A stretch of 64,000 bases of DNA, taken from NCBI GenBank assembly GCA_964589625.1, contig CAZPSH010000008.1, positions 1 through 64,000 of the forward strand, written 5' to 3'. Positions within the stretch are counted from its first letter, which is position 1; every line of letters starts with the position of its first letter. The notes beneath the pieces are model-generated. The model had not been told where the DNA came from and searched no databases. It was given only the letters and a program-made list of their open reading frames with translations. The position numbers and the translations under genes are program-made. The stretch is from an uncultured Thermoanaerobaculia bacterium. Its GTDB lineage: Bacteria > Acidobacteriota > UBA4820 > DSQY01. Shown here piece by piece: positions 40,263 to 49,190 of the stretch.

Positions 40263-40643
40263 TCACGGGCGCACCGTGCCTCCGGCCAGGACCGAAAGCA
40301 CCCGGCCGATCTGGTCCTTGTGATGGCGGATCACGTCCTCAGGCGTGCCCCAGGAGCCCGACTTGCGCGCCAGGACCTCCACCACCTTCTCCAGGCTCTG
40401 GGCCGTCGGGCGGTCGAAGTCCCCGCCGGACTCGCGGAAGGCCAGGCGCACCGCGCCCTCCACGCTGGCCAGGAGGGTGGCTTCGGTGGGGGTCTGGCCG
40501 AGCCGCTCCCGGGCCCGGGCGAAGGTCTCCTTCTGGGCCTCCAGGAAACACCGGACGATGAGCTCCCGGGCCTTTTCCGGAGTCAGGCCCACGAGATCCG
40601 TGGCGGGAACGACCCATTTCGCGTGCGCGGACTCTCCGTCCAT
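40263..40643 (-). CDS. Hypothetical protein (126 aa)
   Basis: Good coding statistics. No family recognised. Confidence 0.45.
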   Translation of the reverse strand: MDGESAHAKWVVPATDLVGLTPEKARELIVRCFLEAQKETFARARERLGQTPTEATLLASVEGAVRLAFRESGGDFDRPTAQSLEKVVEVLARKSGSWGTPEDVIRHHKDQIGRVLSVLAGGTVRP

Positions 40644-40736
40644 GGGCTCACCCCCTCGAGTCGAGAACGGAATGAAGCCGGTTCCTCAAGGTTAGGTCCA
40701 CGAGGCCCGGTTCGCAAGGCCATGGCCCCCCCCCTC

Positions 40737-42116
40737 TCAGGCGCGCTTCCAGCGCACTCCCTGGGGGGTGTCTTCGAGAAGGATCCCCCGCGCCTTGAGC
40801 TCGTCCCGGATCCGGTCGGCCTCGGCGAAGTCCTTGAGTTTTCGGGCCTCCTGCCGCCGCCGGATGAGGTCCTCCACGTCCGCGTCGAGCAGGGGCTTGT
40901 CCTCGAGCGGGATTCCGAAAACCGCCTCGAAGTCCGTAATCAGGCCGAGGGCCGCCTCCCGGTCCGGCGCCCCCAGCCTTCCCTGATCCAGGGCCGTGTT
41001 CCCGGCGCGCACGGCTTCGAAGAGTGCCGAAAGGGCGACGGCGGTGTTGAGGTCGTCCTCCAGGGCATCGCGAAAAGCCCTTCGGGCCGGCTCGAAGGTG
41101 CCGAGCGCCTCGCTGCTCGCTGGAGTCGATTCTTCCAGGCGCGCCCGAAAAGCCCTGAGCCGCCCCAAGGCCGTCTTGGCGGCATCGAGGCCCTCGAAGG
41201 TGAAGTTCAGGGACTTCCGGTAGGGGACGGAGAGAAGGAGGTAGCGGATGGCCATGGGATCCGCCCCCTTCTCGAGCAGGTCCCTCAGCGTGTAGAAGTT
41301 GCCGAGGGATTTGCTCATCTTCTCCCCGTTCACCATGAGGTGCTCCACGTGGAGCCAGTGGCGGACGGGCGCCTTTCCCGAAGCCCCGCGGCTCTGGGCG
41401 ATCTCGTTTTCGTGGTGGGGGAAGATGAGGTCCACCCCGCCCGAGTGGAGGTCGAAGACCTCGCCCAGGTACTTCCGGCTCATGGCCGAGCACTCCAGGT
41501 GCCATCCCGGCCGGCCGGGTCCCCACGGGCTCTCCCAGAAGGGCTCTCCGGGCCGCGCGGCCTTCCACAGGACGAAGTCCCTCGCCGACTCCTTGTCGTA
41601 GTGGTCGCTGTCCACCCGGGCGCCGTCGAGGTTTCCCGACAGGTCCACGGTGCACAGGCAGCCGTACTGGGGAAGGCTGGAGACGCGGAAGTACACCGAT
41701 CCCTGGCTCAGGTAGGTGTGGCCGTTGCGCTCCATGTCGGCCACCAGCGCGAGCATCTCGGGGATATGGTCCGTGGCCCGCGGGTAGACGTCCGCCGGCA
41801 GGTTGTTCAGGGTCCCCATGTCCTCGAAGAAGAGGGCGGCGAAGCGGTCCGTGAGCTCCCGCAGGGGAACTCCGTCCCGGTTCGAGCGCTCGATGGTCCG
41901 GTCGTCGATGTCCGTGAGGTTCTTCACGTGAAGGACCCGGAATCCCTCCCAGAGGAGGAAGCGCTTCAGGAGGTCCTCCGCGCAGAAGGTGCGGAAGTTG
42001 CCGATGTGGGCCACGTCGTAGACCGTGGGGCCGCAGGTGTACATCTTCACGAGCCCGGGCTCGAGGGGCTCGAAGGGCTCCGCCTTGCGGGACAGGGAAT
42101 TGGTCAGGCGGATCAC
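40737..42116 (-). CDS. cysS: Cysteinyl-tRNA synthetase
   Basis: HIGNFRT (HIGH), KMSKSLGN (KMSKS) and full CysRS similarity. GTG start chosen at VIRLTNSLSRK. Confidence 0.95.
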   Translation of the reverse strand: MIRLTNSLSRKAEPFEPLEPGLVKMYTCGPTVYDVAHIGNFRTFCAEDLLKRFLLWEGFRVLHVKNLTDIDDRTIERSNRDGVPLRELTDRFAALFFEDMGTLNNLPADVYPRATDHIPEMLALVADMERNGHTYLSQGSVYFRVSSLPQYGCLCTVDLSGNLDGARVDSDHYDKESARDFVLWKAARPGEPFWESPWGPGRPGWHLECSAMSRKYLGEVFDLHSGGVDLIFPHHENEIAQSRGASGKAPVRHWLHVEHLMVNGEKMSKSLGNFYTLRDLLEKGADPMAIRYLLLSVPYRKSLNFTFEGLDAAKTALGRLRAFRARLEESTPASSEALGTFEPARRAFRDALEDDLNTAVALSALFEAVRAGNTALDQGRLGAPDREAALGLITDFEAVFGIPLEDKPLLDADVEDLIRRRQEARKLKDFAEADRIRDELKARGILLEDTPQGVRWKRA

Positions 42117-43138
42117 GCCCCGTCCCCGAAGGTCCGTCCCACGACCGGCGCCAGGGCCCTGAGATCCCCCGCCAGCCGGGCCAGTTCCTCGGGCAGGAGG
42201 GCCTGGGGTCCGTCCGAGAGGGCGGCGGGAGGGTCGGGATGGACCTCCACCAGCAGGCCGTCGGCGCCTGCCACCGCGGCCGCGCGGGCCAGCGGAAGGA
42301 CCAGCCGCCGGGCTCCCGATGCGTGGGAGGGATCCACGAGGACGGGGAGGTGGGTCATCTCCTTGAGGAGAACCACCGAGCCGAGGTCCAGGCTGTTCCG
42401 CAGGGAGGGGTCGAAGGAGCGGACCCCCCGCTCGCACAGCACCACGTGGGGATTTCCGCCCGCCAGGATGTACTCGGCGGCGAGGAGGAGCTCCTCCCGG
42501 GTGGCGGCCAGGCCCCGCTTGAGGAGGACGGGCCTTCCCAGCCGGCCCAGCGCCTTCAGGAGGGGGAAGTTCTGCATGTTCCGGCTTCCCACCTGGATCA
42601 CGTCGGCGAAGTCCGCCACGCGGGGCAGGTCCTCCCGGTCCAGGACCTCGCTCACCATGGCCAGGCCATGGCGGTCGCAGGCCTCCCGGTGGAGACGCAG
42701 GCCCTCCTCGCCGAGGCCCTGGAAGGCGTAGGGGCTGGTCCGGGGTTTGAAGGAACCGCCCCGCAGGAGGGTGCCGCCGGCCGCCTTCACCGCTTCGGCG
42801 CACGCCTCGATTTGCTCCGGGCTCTCCACGGCGCACGGGCCCGCGGCGAGGACCAGGGCGCGGGCGCCGATCCGCGCGGGTCCCGCCTGGACCACGGTGC
42901 CTTCGAGCCGGATGGAGCGGGAGGCGAGGACGTACCCCTCCCGCAGAGGGCCCGCCTGCCGGATGCCCGGCAGGGCCGCCAGGCCGTCGCGGACCTCCGC
43001 GGATACCTCTCCGTCCACCACCCACACCTCCCGCCCGCCGGTCTTCTGGGGCCGGAAGTCGACGGCGCGCGACGACAGGAGGTCCCGGGCCCGGCCCAGG
43101 TCCTCCGTGGTGGCGTCGGCTTCAAAGACGACGATCAA
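42113..43138 (-). CDS. 3-deoxy-7-phosphoheptulonate (DAHP) synthase, type I-beta, with an N-terminal ACT/ferredoxin-like regulatory domain
   Basis: Collinear with Thermotoga-type DAH7PS (GPCAVES, LLRGGSFKPRTSPYAFQGLGEEGL, LLKRG, VDPSHASG). TTG start at LIVVFEAD, analogous to MIVVLKPG. Confidence 0.85.
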   Translation of the reverse strand: MIVVFEADATTEDLGRARDLLSSRAVDFRPQKTGGREVWVVDGEVSAEVRDGLAALPGIRQAGPLREGYVLASRSIRLEGTVVQAGPARIGARALVLAAGPCAVESPEQIEACAEAVKAAGGTLLRGGSFKPRTSPYAFQGLGEEGLRLHREACDRHGLAMVSEVLDREDLPRVADFADVIQVGSRNMQNFPLLKALGRLGRPVLLKRGLAATREELLLAAEYILAGGNPHVVLCERGVRSFDPSLRNSLDLGSVVLLKEMTHLPVLVDPSHASGARRLVLPLARAAAVAGADGLLVEVHPDPPAALSDGPQALLPEELARLAGDLRALAPVVGRTFGDGA

Positions 43139-43332
43139 GGCGCCTCCGCAAGAAACCCCAATCTTATGAAAGGTCGTCCCGATCCGCAAGGGCCGGGTCG
43201 GGGGACCGGGACAGGCGGCCGGTGTACGGCGGGTCAGGGATTGGGGGGAGGAAGGAGGGAAGGGGCAGGGCGAAAACCGCGTCTCTTCCGCATGGGGGCA
43301 CCCTCCCATTCCAGTCCGGCCAACGGCTTGGG

Positions 43333-43361
43333 TTGACAGGGGTTAGGCGCGCCGATAGACT
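43333..43361 (+). promoter_or_regulatory. Sigma70-like promoter TTGACA-N17-TAGACT upstream of the FHA/zinc-ribbon gene
   Basis: Exact -35 hexamer, 17-nt spacer, TAGACT -10, then AAGGAG RBS and ATG 21 nt downstream. Confidence 0.55.
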
Positions 43362-43381
43362 TCCCGGCGAAGGAGCTGCCC

Positions 43382-43927
43382 ATGGTGGTGACGTGTCCGT
43401 CCTGCCAGAAGAAGTTCCGGCTGGAGGAGAAGCACTTCGGAGGAAAGCCCCGGATGCGCTTCCAGTGCCCCTCCTGCGGCCAGGCCATCGAGGCCGTCCG
43501 GGAGGAGGCCCATGCCCCGCCCGATCCCTCTTCGGGACCTTCGACCCAGAAGCTCAAGAAGGTGGAGGGAACGTGGAGCGCAAGCCAGCTTCCCGATCAG
43601 GAACTCCTGGCCATGCCCGCCGGCAAGCGGATCTCCCTGGCCGTGATCCAGGGCCCCGACACGGGGCGGATTTTTTCCGTGGACCGTCCGGTCTTCGTCA
43701 TCGGACGGGTCGCTCCCGCGGACGCCGTTCTCAGCGACAGCGAAGTTTCGAGAAGCCACGCCCAAGTCGAGTTCCGCGCCGGCGCCGTCACCCTGCGCGA
43801 TCTGAAGAGTACGAATGGGACCTACGTCAACGAACAGCGCATCACCTCCCTGCCCATCGAGAACCAGACCGAGTTCCGCGTGGGCGTCACCACGCTCATG
43901 CTGATCGTCACCGACGACCTGCCCTAA
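43382..43927 (+). CDS. Zinc-ribbon (MJ0042-type, 2x CPSC) + FHA domain protein
   Basis: VVTCPSCQKKFRL...FQCPSCGQ N-terminus. C-terminal FHA pattern (FVIGR...SRSHAQVEF...LRDLKSTNGTYVN). Confidence 0.75.
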   Translation: MVVTCPSCQKKFRLEEKHFGGKPRMRFQCPSCGQAIEAVREEAHAPPDPSSGPSTQKLKKVEGTWSASQLPDQELLAMPAGKRISLAVIQGPDTGRIFSVDRPVFVIGRVAPADAVLSDSEVSRSHAQVEFRAGAVTLRDLKSTNGTYVNEQRITSLPIENQTEFRVGVTTLMLIVTDDLP

Positions 43928-43931
43928 CCGG

Positions 43932-45002
43932 ATGAGACGAAAAATCCTCGTGGCCATGTCCGGGGGGGTGGACTCCTCGGTGGCGGCGCTCCTCCTTCTC
44001 GAGGCGGGCTGGAACGTCGTTGGCGTGACGCTGCGCCTGTACGATTCCTGCGCGTCGGCCGCCAGGAAGTCCTGCTGTGGGCTGGAGGATGCCTGCGACG
44101 CCCGGGAGGTGGCCAGGACCCTCGGGATCGAACACCGCATCCTGGAGCACCAGGAGGCCTTCGAGCGCCTCGTGGTGGAGCCCTTCGTCCGGGAGTACGC
44201 CCGGGGCCGCACCCCCAACCCCTGCATCCGGTGCAACGAGAGGGTGAAGTTCGGCACTCTTTGGGCGTACGCCCGGGAGGCGGGCTGCGAGGCCCTCGCC
44301 ACGGGCCACCACGCGCGAATCGTCCCCGTCGGCGGGCGCCCCCGCCTGCTCCGGGGCCGGGATGCCGGGAAGGACCAGTCCTACGTCCTCTTCACCCTCA
44401 CGGAGGACCAGAGGGCGGGGCTGGCGCTCCCCGTCGGGGAACTCCTCAAGGAGGAGGTGCGTGCGCGGGCCCGCCGGGCGGGCCTTCCCACGGCGGAGAA
44501 GGCGGAGAGCCAGGACATCTGCTTCGTGGCGGACGGGGACTGCGCCGCCTTCGTGGAAGGCCGCCTGGACGCGAAGGACAGGCGGCCGGGACTCATCCGC
44601 CACGTGGACGGGAGGGTCCTCCGCCCCCACGACGGGATCCACCGCTTCACGGTGGGCCAGAGGCGGGGGCTGGGGATCCCCGACGCGCACCCCCTCTACG
44701 TGGTGGCCCTGGACGCCGAATCGGGGGAGGTCACCGTGGGCCCCAAGGGGTCCGTGGGCGCGGGGCGCTTTCTCGCGACCGATTGGACCTGGCACGTACC
44801 GCCGGGTGAGCGGCCGGAGACGGCGAAGGTTCAGGTGAGGTATCATCACGAGCCCCTGGACGCCCGTCTCCTGGAAGGGGCGGAAGGGGTGGTGGTAGAA
44901 TTCACCCATTCCACCCACCCCGTGACGCCCGGGCAGGCCGCGGTGGCGTACCTGGACGAGGCGGTCGTCGGCGGCGGTTGGATCGCCGGGAGACTCCCAT
45001 GA
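43932..45002 (+). CDS. mnmA: tRNA 2-thiouridine(34) synthase MnmA
   Basis: ILVAMSGGVDSSVAA PP-loop, CIRCNE and full-length similarity. Confidence 0.95.
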   Translation: MRRKILVAMSGGVDSSVAALLLLEAGWNVVGVTLRLYDSCASAARKSCCGLEDACDAREVARTLGIEHRILEHQEAFERLVVEPFVREYARGRTPNPCIRCNERVKFGTLWAYAREAGCEALATGHHARIVPVGGRPRLLRGRDAGKDQSYVLFTLTEDQRAGLALPVGELLKEEVRARARRAGLPTAEKAESQDICFVADGDCAAFVEGRLDAKDRRPGLIRHVDGRVLRPHDGIHRFTVGQRRGLGIPDAHPLYVVALDAESGEVTVGPKGSVGAGRFLATDWTWHVPPGERPETAKVQVRYHHEPLDARLLEGAEGVVVEFTHSTHPVTPGQAAVAYLDEAVVGGGWIAGRLP

Positions 45003-45784
45003 CGCTGTTCAACGTCGCGCTTCTGGCCTACGTGGTCGCCATGGGCACGGCCCTCCTCTACGGGGGGTTTCGGGAGAAGGCCCTCTGGGCGGCCACGGTC
45101 CTTTCGGCGGCCGCGGGCTTCGTCTTCCAGACCGCCGGCGAGGCCCGCCTCTGGCTCGCCTCGGGGGTCCCTCCCGCCACGAACCTCCACGAGCTCTTCC
45201 AACTGACCGCCTGGGCCGTGATGGCGCTCTATTTTCTCCTCTACCCCCTCCACCGCAGCCGGATTCTCACCTTCTTCCTCATGCCCCTGGTGACCCTCGG
45301 CTACGTCCTGGGGGCCGCCATCCCCGACACGCCCGTGGAGGTGAAGCCCTTCTTCCACACGGCCTGGTTCACGGTCCACATCTTCCTGCTCGTCTTCGGC
45401 ATTGCCTTCTTCTTCATCTCCTTCCTGTACGCCACCATCTTCATCATGCAGGACCACAGCCTTCGGCGCCGGCGGGTCCCCTCGCCCCTGCCTCTCCCCT
45501 CCCTCGAGGAGGCGGAGCGGTGGAGCACGCGTCTCCTCCTGGCGGGGTACCCGCTCTTCACTCTCGGCATCCTCTCCTCCGTCCTCTACGGGATCCTCCA
45601 CGGGGAGCGGACCGAGTGGCGCCCCGGGGTTCTCGAGGGGGCGAGCGTGGTGGCCTGGCTGGTGCTCGGCTTCGCGATCTACGGGTGGATCTCGGCCCGG
45701 GTCCACCCGAGGCGGCGCTCCTACCTCGTGGTGGCGGGCGCGGCCTTTTCGGTCCTGATTCTCTTGGGGATCCTCTGGCATTGA
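44999..45784 (+). CDS. CcsA/ResC-like cytochrome c assembly-family membrane protein in the HemX position
   Basis: 8-TM protein with a W-rich CcsA-like core immediately upstream of hemA, as in the hemAXCD arrangement. ATGA overlap with mnmA. Confidence 0.65.
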   Translation: MTLFNVALLAYVVAMGTALLYGGFREKALWAATVLSAAAGFVFQTAGEARLWLASGVPPATNLHELFQLTAWAVMALYFLLYPLHRSRILTFFLMPLVTLGYVLGAAIPDTPVEVKPFFHTAWFTVHIFLLVFGIAFFFISFLYATIFIMQDHSLRRRRVPSPLPLPSLEEAERWSTRLLLAGYPLFTLGILSSVLYGILHGERTEWRPGVLEGASVVAWLVLGFAIYGWISARVHPRRRSYLVVAGAAFSVLILLGILWH

Positions 45785-47067
45785 GCGACCTTCTGCTGAT
45801 CGGTCTCAACCACACCCGGGCGCCCGTGGACGTGCGCGAGTGCCTGGCCTTCGCGGACGAGGAGAAGGGCCCCTTCCTGAGGGCCCTTTCGGAGCGGGGC
45901 CTGGCCCAGGGGGCGGTCCTGCTCTCCACGTGCAACCGCGTGGAGCTCTACGCGGACGTTCCCGACGGCGCCGACGACGGCCCCCTCCTGGACCTCCTCG
46001 AATCCTGGCGGAGTCCGGGACGCCCCTTCGCCCGGGACCTCTTCTACGTCCACCGCAACCGGGAGGCCGTGGCCCACCTCTTCCGCGTGGCCTCCGGCCT
46101 CGATTCCATGATCCTCGGCGAGCCGCAGATCTTCGGGCAGGTGAAGGACGCCTACTTCCTCGCCCGGGACGCGGGCTCCGTGAGCGCCTCCCTGAACCTC
46201 CTCTTCCAGAAGGCCTTCCACGTGGCCAAGCAGGTGCGGACGGAGACGGGCATTGGCCAGAGGCCCGTGACCGTCTCCTACGCCGCCTTCAACCTCGCCC
46301 GGGGCATCTTCGCGGACCTCTCCCAGAAGCGCATCCTCCTCCTCGGCGCCGGGGAGATGAGCCGCATCGTGGCCACCCACTTCGTCGAGCACGGCGTGAA
46401 GAACGTGCGGGTGGCCAACCGCACCCTGGAGCGGGCCCGGGAGTTCGCCGAGGCCTTCGGGGCCGAGGTCGTGCCCTGGGAGGACTTCCCCAAGGCCCTC
46501 ATCCACAGCGACATCGTCATCGCCTCCACGGGGGCCCCCAGGCCCGTGATCCTCCGCCCCATGGCGGAGACGGTCATGAAGCTTCGCCGCTGGGCCAGTC
46601 TCTTCCTCGTGGACATCGCCGTGCCGCGGGACGTGGAGCCCGAGGTGGGCGACCTGGACGGCGTCTACCTCTACAACATCGACGCCCTTCAGCAGGTGGC
46701 GGACGAGGGGCTGGAGGAGCGCAAGGGCCGGGCTGCCGAGGCCGAGGCCATGATCGCCTCGGAGCTCGACCTGTACACCCGCTTCCTGGAGCACCGCCAG
46801 CTCTCGGAGGTGATCCAGGGGCTCATGGGCTGGGTGGGGCGCATCCAGGAGGCGGAGGTGGAGGAGGCCTTCCGGAAGCTCGGGCCCCTCACGTCGAAAC
46901 AGCAGGACGTGGTGCGCAACGCCGTGCGCCGAACCGTCCACAAGGTGCTCCACGCGCCCATCACCCAGGTTAAGCGCCTCGTCCTCGAGGAGGAGGCGGC
47001 CCAGGCCCTCCAGATCTTCAAACAGCTCTTTCCCGCCGAGGGCGGGGACGAGAGGGAGGAACCGTGA
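45781..47067 (+). CDS. hemA: Glutamyl-tRNA reductase
   Basis: LLLIGLNHTRAPVDVRE, STCNRVELY, GAGEMS signatures. TTG start overlaps the upstream TGA. Confidence 0.95.
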   Translation: MSDLLLIGLNHTRAPVDVRECLAFADEEKGPFLRALSERGLAQGAVLLSTCNRVELYADVPDGADDGPLLDLLESWRSPGRPFARDLFYVHRNREAVAHLFRVASGLDSMILGEPQIFGQVKDAYFLARDAGSVSASLNLLFQKAFHVAKQVRTETGIGQRPVTVSYAAFNLARGIFADLSQKRILLLGAGEMSRIVATHFVEHGVKNVRVANRTLERAREFAEAFGAEVVPWEDFPKALIHSDIVIASTGAPRPVILRPMAETVMKLRRWASLFLVDIAVPRDVEPEVGDLDGVYLYNIDALQQVADEGLEERKGRAAEAEAMIASELDLYTRFLEHRQLSEVIQGLMGWVGRIQEAEVEEAFRKLGPLTSKQQDVVRNAVRRTVHKVLHAPITQVKRLVLEEEAAQALQIFKQLFPAEGGDEREEP

Positions 47068-47984
47068 AGGGCCCCGTCCTGCGCCTGGCCACCCGGGGAA
47101 GCGCCCTGGCCCTGTGGCAGGCCAACTACGTGAAGACCCGCATCGAGGCCTCCGCCGGGGGCCCGGGCGTGGAGATCGTCCCCATGAAGACCAGCGGGGA
47201 CCTGATCCAGGACCGCGCGCTCCTGGAGGTGGGCGGCAAGGGCCTCTTCGTGAAGGAGATCCAGGTGGCCCTCTTGGAGGGGCGGGCGGACCTGGCCATC
47301 CACAGCCTCAAGGACTATCCCGCCGAGAACCCCGAAGCCCTGGTCCTGGCGTGCGTCCCCCAGCGGGAGGACCCCCGGGACGCCCTCGTTCTGCCTCAGG
47401 GGAGCCCCCTGGAGGCCCTCCCCCGGGCGGCCCGCGTGGGCACCGGGAGCCTGAGGCGGCACCACCAGGCTCTGCTCCTCCATCCGGAATGGGACGTGCG
47501 GGGCCTGCGCGGCAACGTGGAGACGCGCCTGAAGAAGGTGGATTCGGGGGAGATCGACGCCGCCGTCCTCGCCGCCGCGGGGCTCAAGCGGCTGGGCTTC
47601 GGGGGGCGCATCACCCGCCTCTTCACCGTGGACGAGATGATCCCCGCCGTGGGCCAGGGGGCCCTGGCCCTCGAAGCCCGGGGCGACGACGCCCGGGTGC
47701 TGGACCTCCTGCGGCCCCTGGAGGCCCCGGAGGCCCGCCTGTGCGTGGACGCGGAGCGCCGCTTCCTGCGCGGCCTGGGCGGCTCCTGCACCACCCCCCT
47801 GGGGATCCACGCCTCCGTGGAGGGCGGGCGCATGGTCCTGCGGGGCTTCCTCTCCACCGTGTCGGGCGACCGCCACATCCGGGACCGCGCCGAGGGGCCG
47901 GCCACCGGCGCCGAGGACCTGGCCGACGCGCTCTTGGCCGCCTTCATGGACCGGGGGGCCGAATCCCTCCTGGGAGAGGCGTGA
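47064..47984 (+). CDS. hemC: Hydroxymethylbilane synthase (porphobilinogen deaminase)
   Basis: LRLATRGSALALWQA...ERRFLRGLGGSCTTPLG. GTG start overlaps the hemA TGA. Confidence 0.95.
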   Translation: MKGPVLRLATRGSALALWQANYVKTRIEASAGGPGVEIVPMKTSGDLIQDRALLEVGGKGLFVKEIQVALLEGRADLAIHSLKDYPAENPEALVLACVPQREDPRDALVLPQGSPLEALPRAARVGTGSLRRHHQALLLHPEWDVRGLRGNVETRLKKVDSGEIDAAVLAAAGLKRLGFGGRITRLFTVDEMIPAVGQGALALEARGDDARVLDLLRPLEAPEARLCVDAERRFLRGLGGSCTTPLGIHASVEGGRMVLRGFLSTVSGDRHIRDRAEGPATGAEDLADALLAAFMDRGAESLLGEA

Positions 47985-47985
47985 C

Positions 47986-48753
47986 ATGGGCGCTCTGGTG
48001 GGGCGCAGGGTCCTCGTCACGCGCCCCGCGGGCCAGGGGGACCGCCTGGCCGAGGCCATTCAATCCGCCGGCGGCCACGTCCTGAGGATTCCCGTCCTCG
48101 AGATCGCGCCCGTCGCGCCCGATGAGGCCGCGCGGGAGGCGCTGGCCTCCCTCTCCTCCTACGACTGGTGCGCCTTCACGAGCGAGAACGCCGTCCGCCA
48201 CTTCCTGGACTGGGTGGACGCCGCGGGGGTCCGCTGGCCCCTCCGCCTCCGCGCGGCCGCCGTGGGGCCCGCCACGGCCCGCGCCCTGAGGGCCCGCGGA
48301 CGGGAGGCGGACCTCGTGCCGGACCCGCACACGGGGCGCGCCCTGGGGGAGCGCCTCGCCTCCAAGGTTTCCCCCGGACGCCTCCTCGTGCCAGGCGGCG
48401 ACCAGGCCCGGGAGGAGCTGGACGAAATCCTGCGGAGCGCCGGGTGGGAGGTGACGCGCCTGGTCTGCTACGAGAACCGCGTCCTGGCGCTGAACCACTC
48501 GCAGGTCTACGCCCTGGAGCAGGGCCTCGACGCCGCCCTCTTCGCCTCGCCCTCGGCCGTGCGGGCCCTGTGGAACCAGGTCCCCGAATCGGCCCGCAAC
48601 GTCCTGCGCGCGGCCGCCTGCCTTCCCATCGGCCCCACCACAGCCGCCGCCCTGCGGGAGGCGGGCCTGACGCCCGCCGCCGTCCCCGAGGCCCACACCA
48701 CCGAAGGCGTCCTCGCCGCCCTCGAAGGCGTGCTCGCCAACCGCCCTCGGTAG
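47986..48753 (+). CDS. hemD: Uroporphyrinogen-III synthase
   Basis: RVLVTRPAGQ...HemD fold pattern. Follows hemC after 1 nt. Confidence 0.85.
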   Translation: MGALVGRRVLVTRPAGQGDRLAEAIQSAGGHVLRIPVLEIAPVAPDEAAREALASLSSYDWCAFTSENAVRHFLDWVDAAGVRWPLRLRAAAVGPATARALRARGREADLVPDPHTGRALGERLASKVSPGRLLVPGGDQAREELDEILRSAGWEVTRLVCYENRVLALNHSQVYALEQGLDAALFASPSAVRALWNQVPESARNVLRAAACLPIGPTTAAALREAGLTPAAVPEAHTTEGVLAALEGVLANRPR

Positions 48754-48835
48754 GCGATTCGCGGGCAGGCGCGCCCGGCCCGTGCGCCGATCTGCCCCAA
48801 GGGTTCCGCTGCTTCGTCTCACGTCCTTTCTTCTT

Positions 48836-48860
48836 CCGTCTAACGTTTCCCGTCTAACGT
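48836..48860. repeat. Tandem direct repeat CCGTCTAACGT x2 (14-nt period)
   Basis: tcttCCGTCTAACGTttcCCGTCTAACGTctcc read directly, in the lower-GC spacer after hemD. Confidence 0.6.
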
Positions 48861-48956
48861 CTCCCATCTCGCTTCTTTTGGGAGCCGTCGCCCGACGCCG
48901 ATCTTCTCTCTCCAAAGGCCTCCCTTCTTCGTAGGGGAGGGCCTCCGCGTCCTCCC

Positions 48957-49150
48957 GCCTTCGAAGGCCCCCACCGTAGCGGCCCTTGCTTGCAAGGGCC
49001 GGCCCCTCGGCCGATGCGAGCATCCGCCGCCGCCACCACCTTGACTCCCTTTTCCTTGTAGGCGTACGCTCAACCTACCTTGAGGAGGCTGAGCCACAGT
49101 GGGCAAAAGCCAAGAGGGGGGGAAATGTGGCAATACAAGACCTGACCCCC
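48957..49150. repeat. Left arm of a ~170-190 bp imperfect inverted repeat flanking the R-M cassette
   Basis: Aligns at ~80% identity to the reverse complement of 50960-51151. It includes the identical 24-mer CTTGCAAGGGCCGGCCCCTCGGCC and the TTGACTCCCTTTTC...GTACGCTCAACCT block. Confidence 0.75.
49041..49070 (+). promoter_or_regulatory. Promoter-like TTGACT-N18-TACGCT inside the left inverted repeat, pointing into the cassette (antisense to the methyltransferase gene)
   Basis: Read directly from the sequence. Conserved in both repeat copies. Confidence 0.4.
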
Positions 49151-49190
49151 ATTGCCTCTCTACTTGACCGCTAGCCCTCTACGCTTGCCT

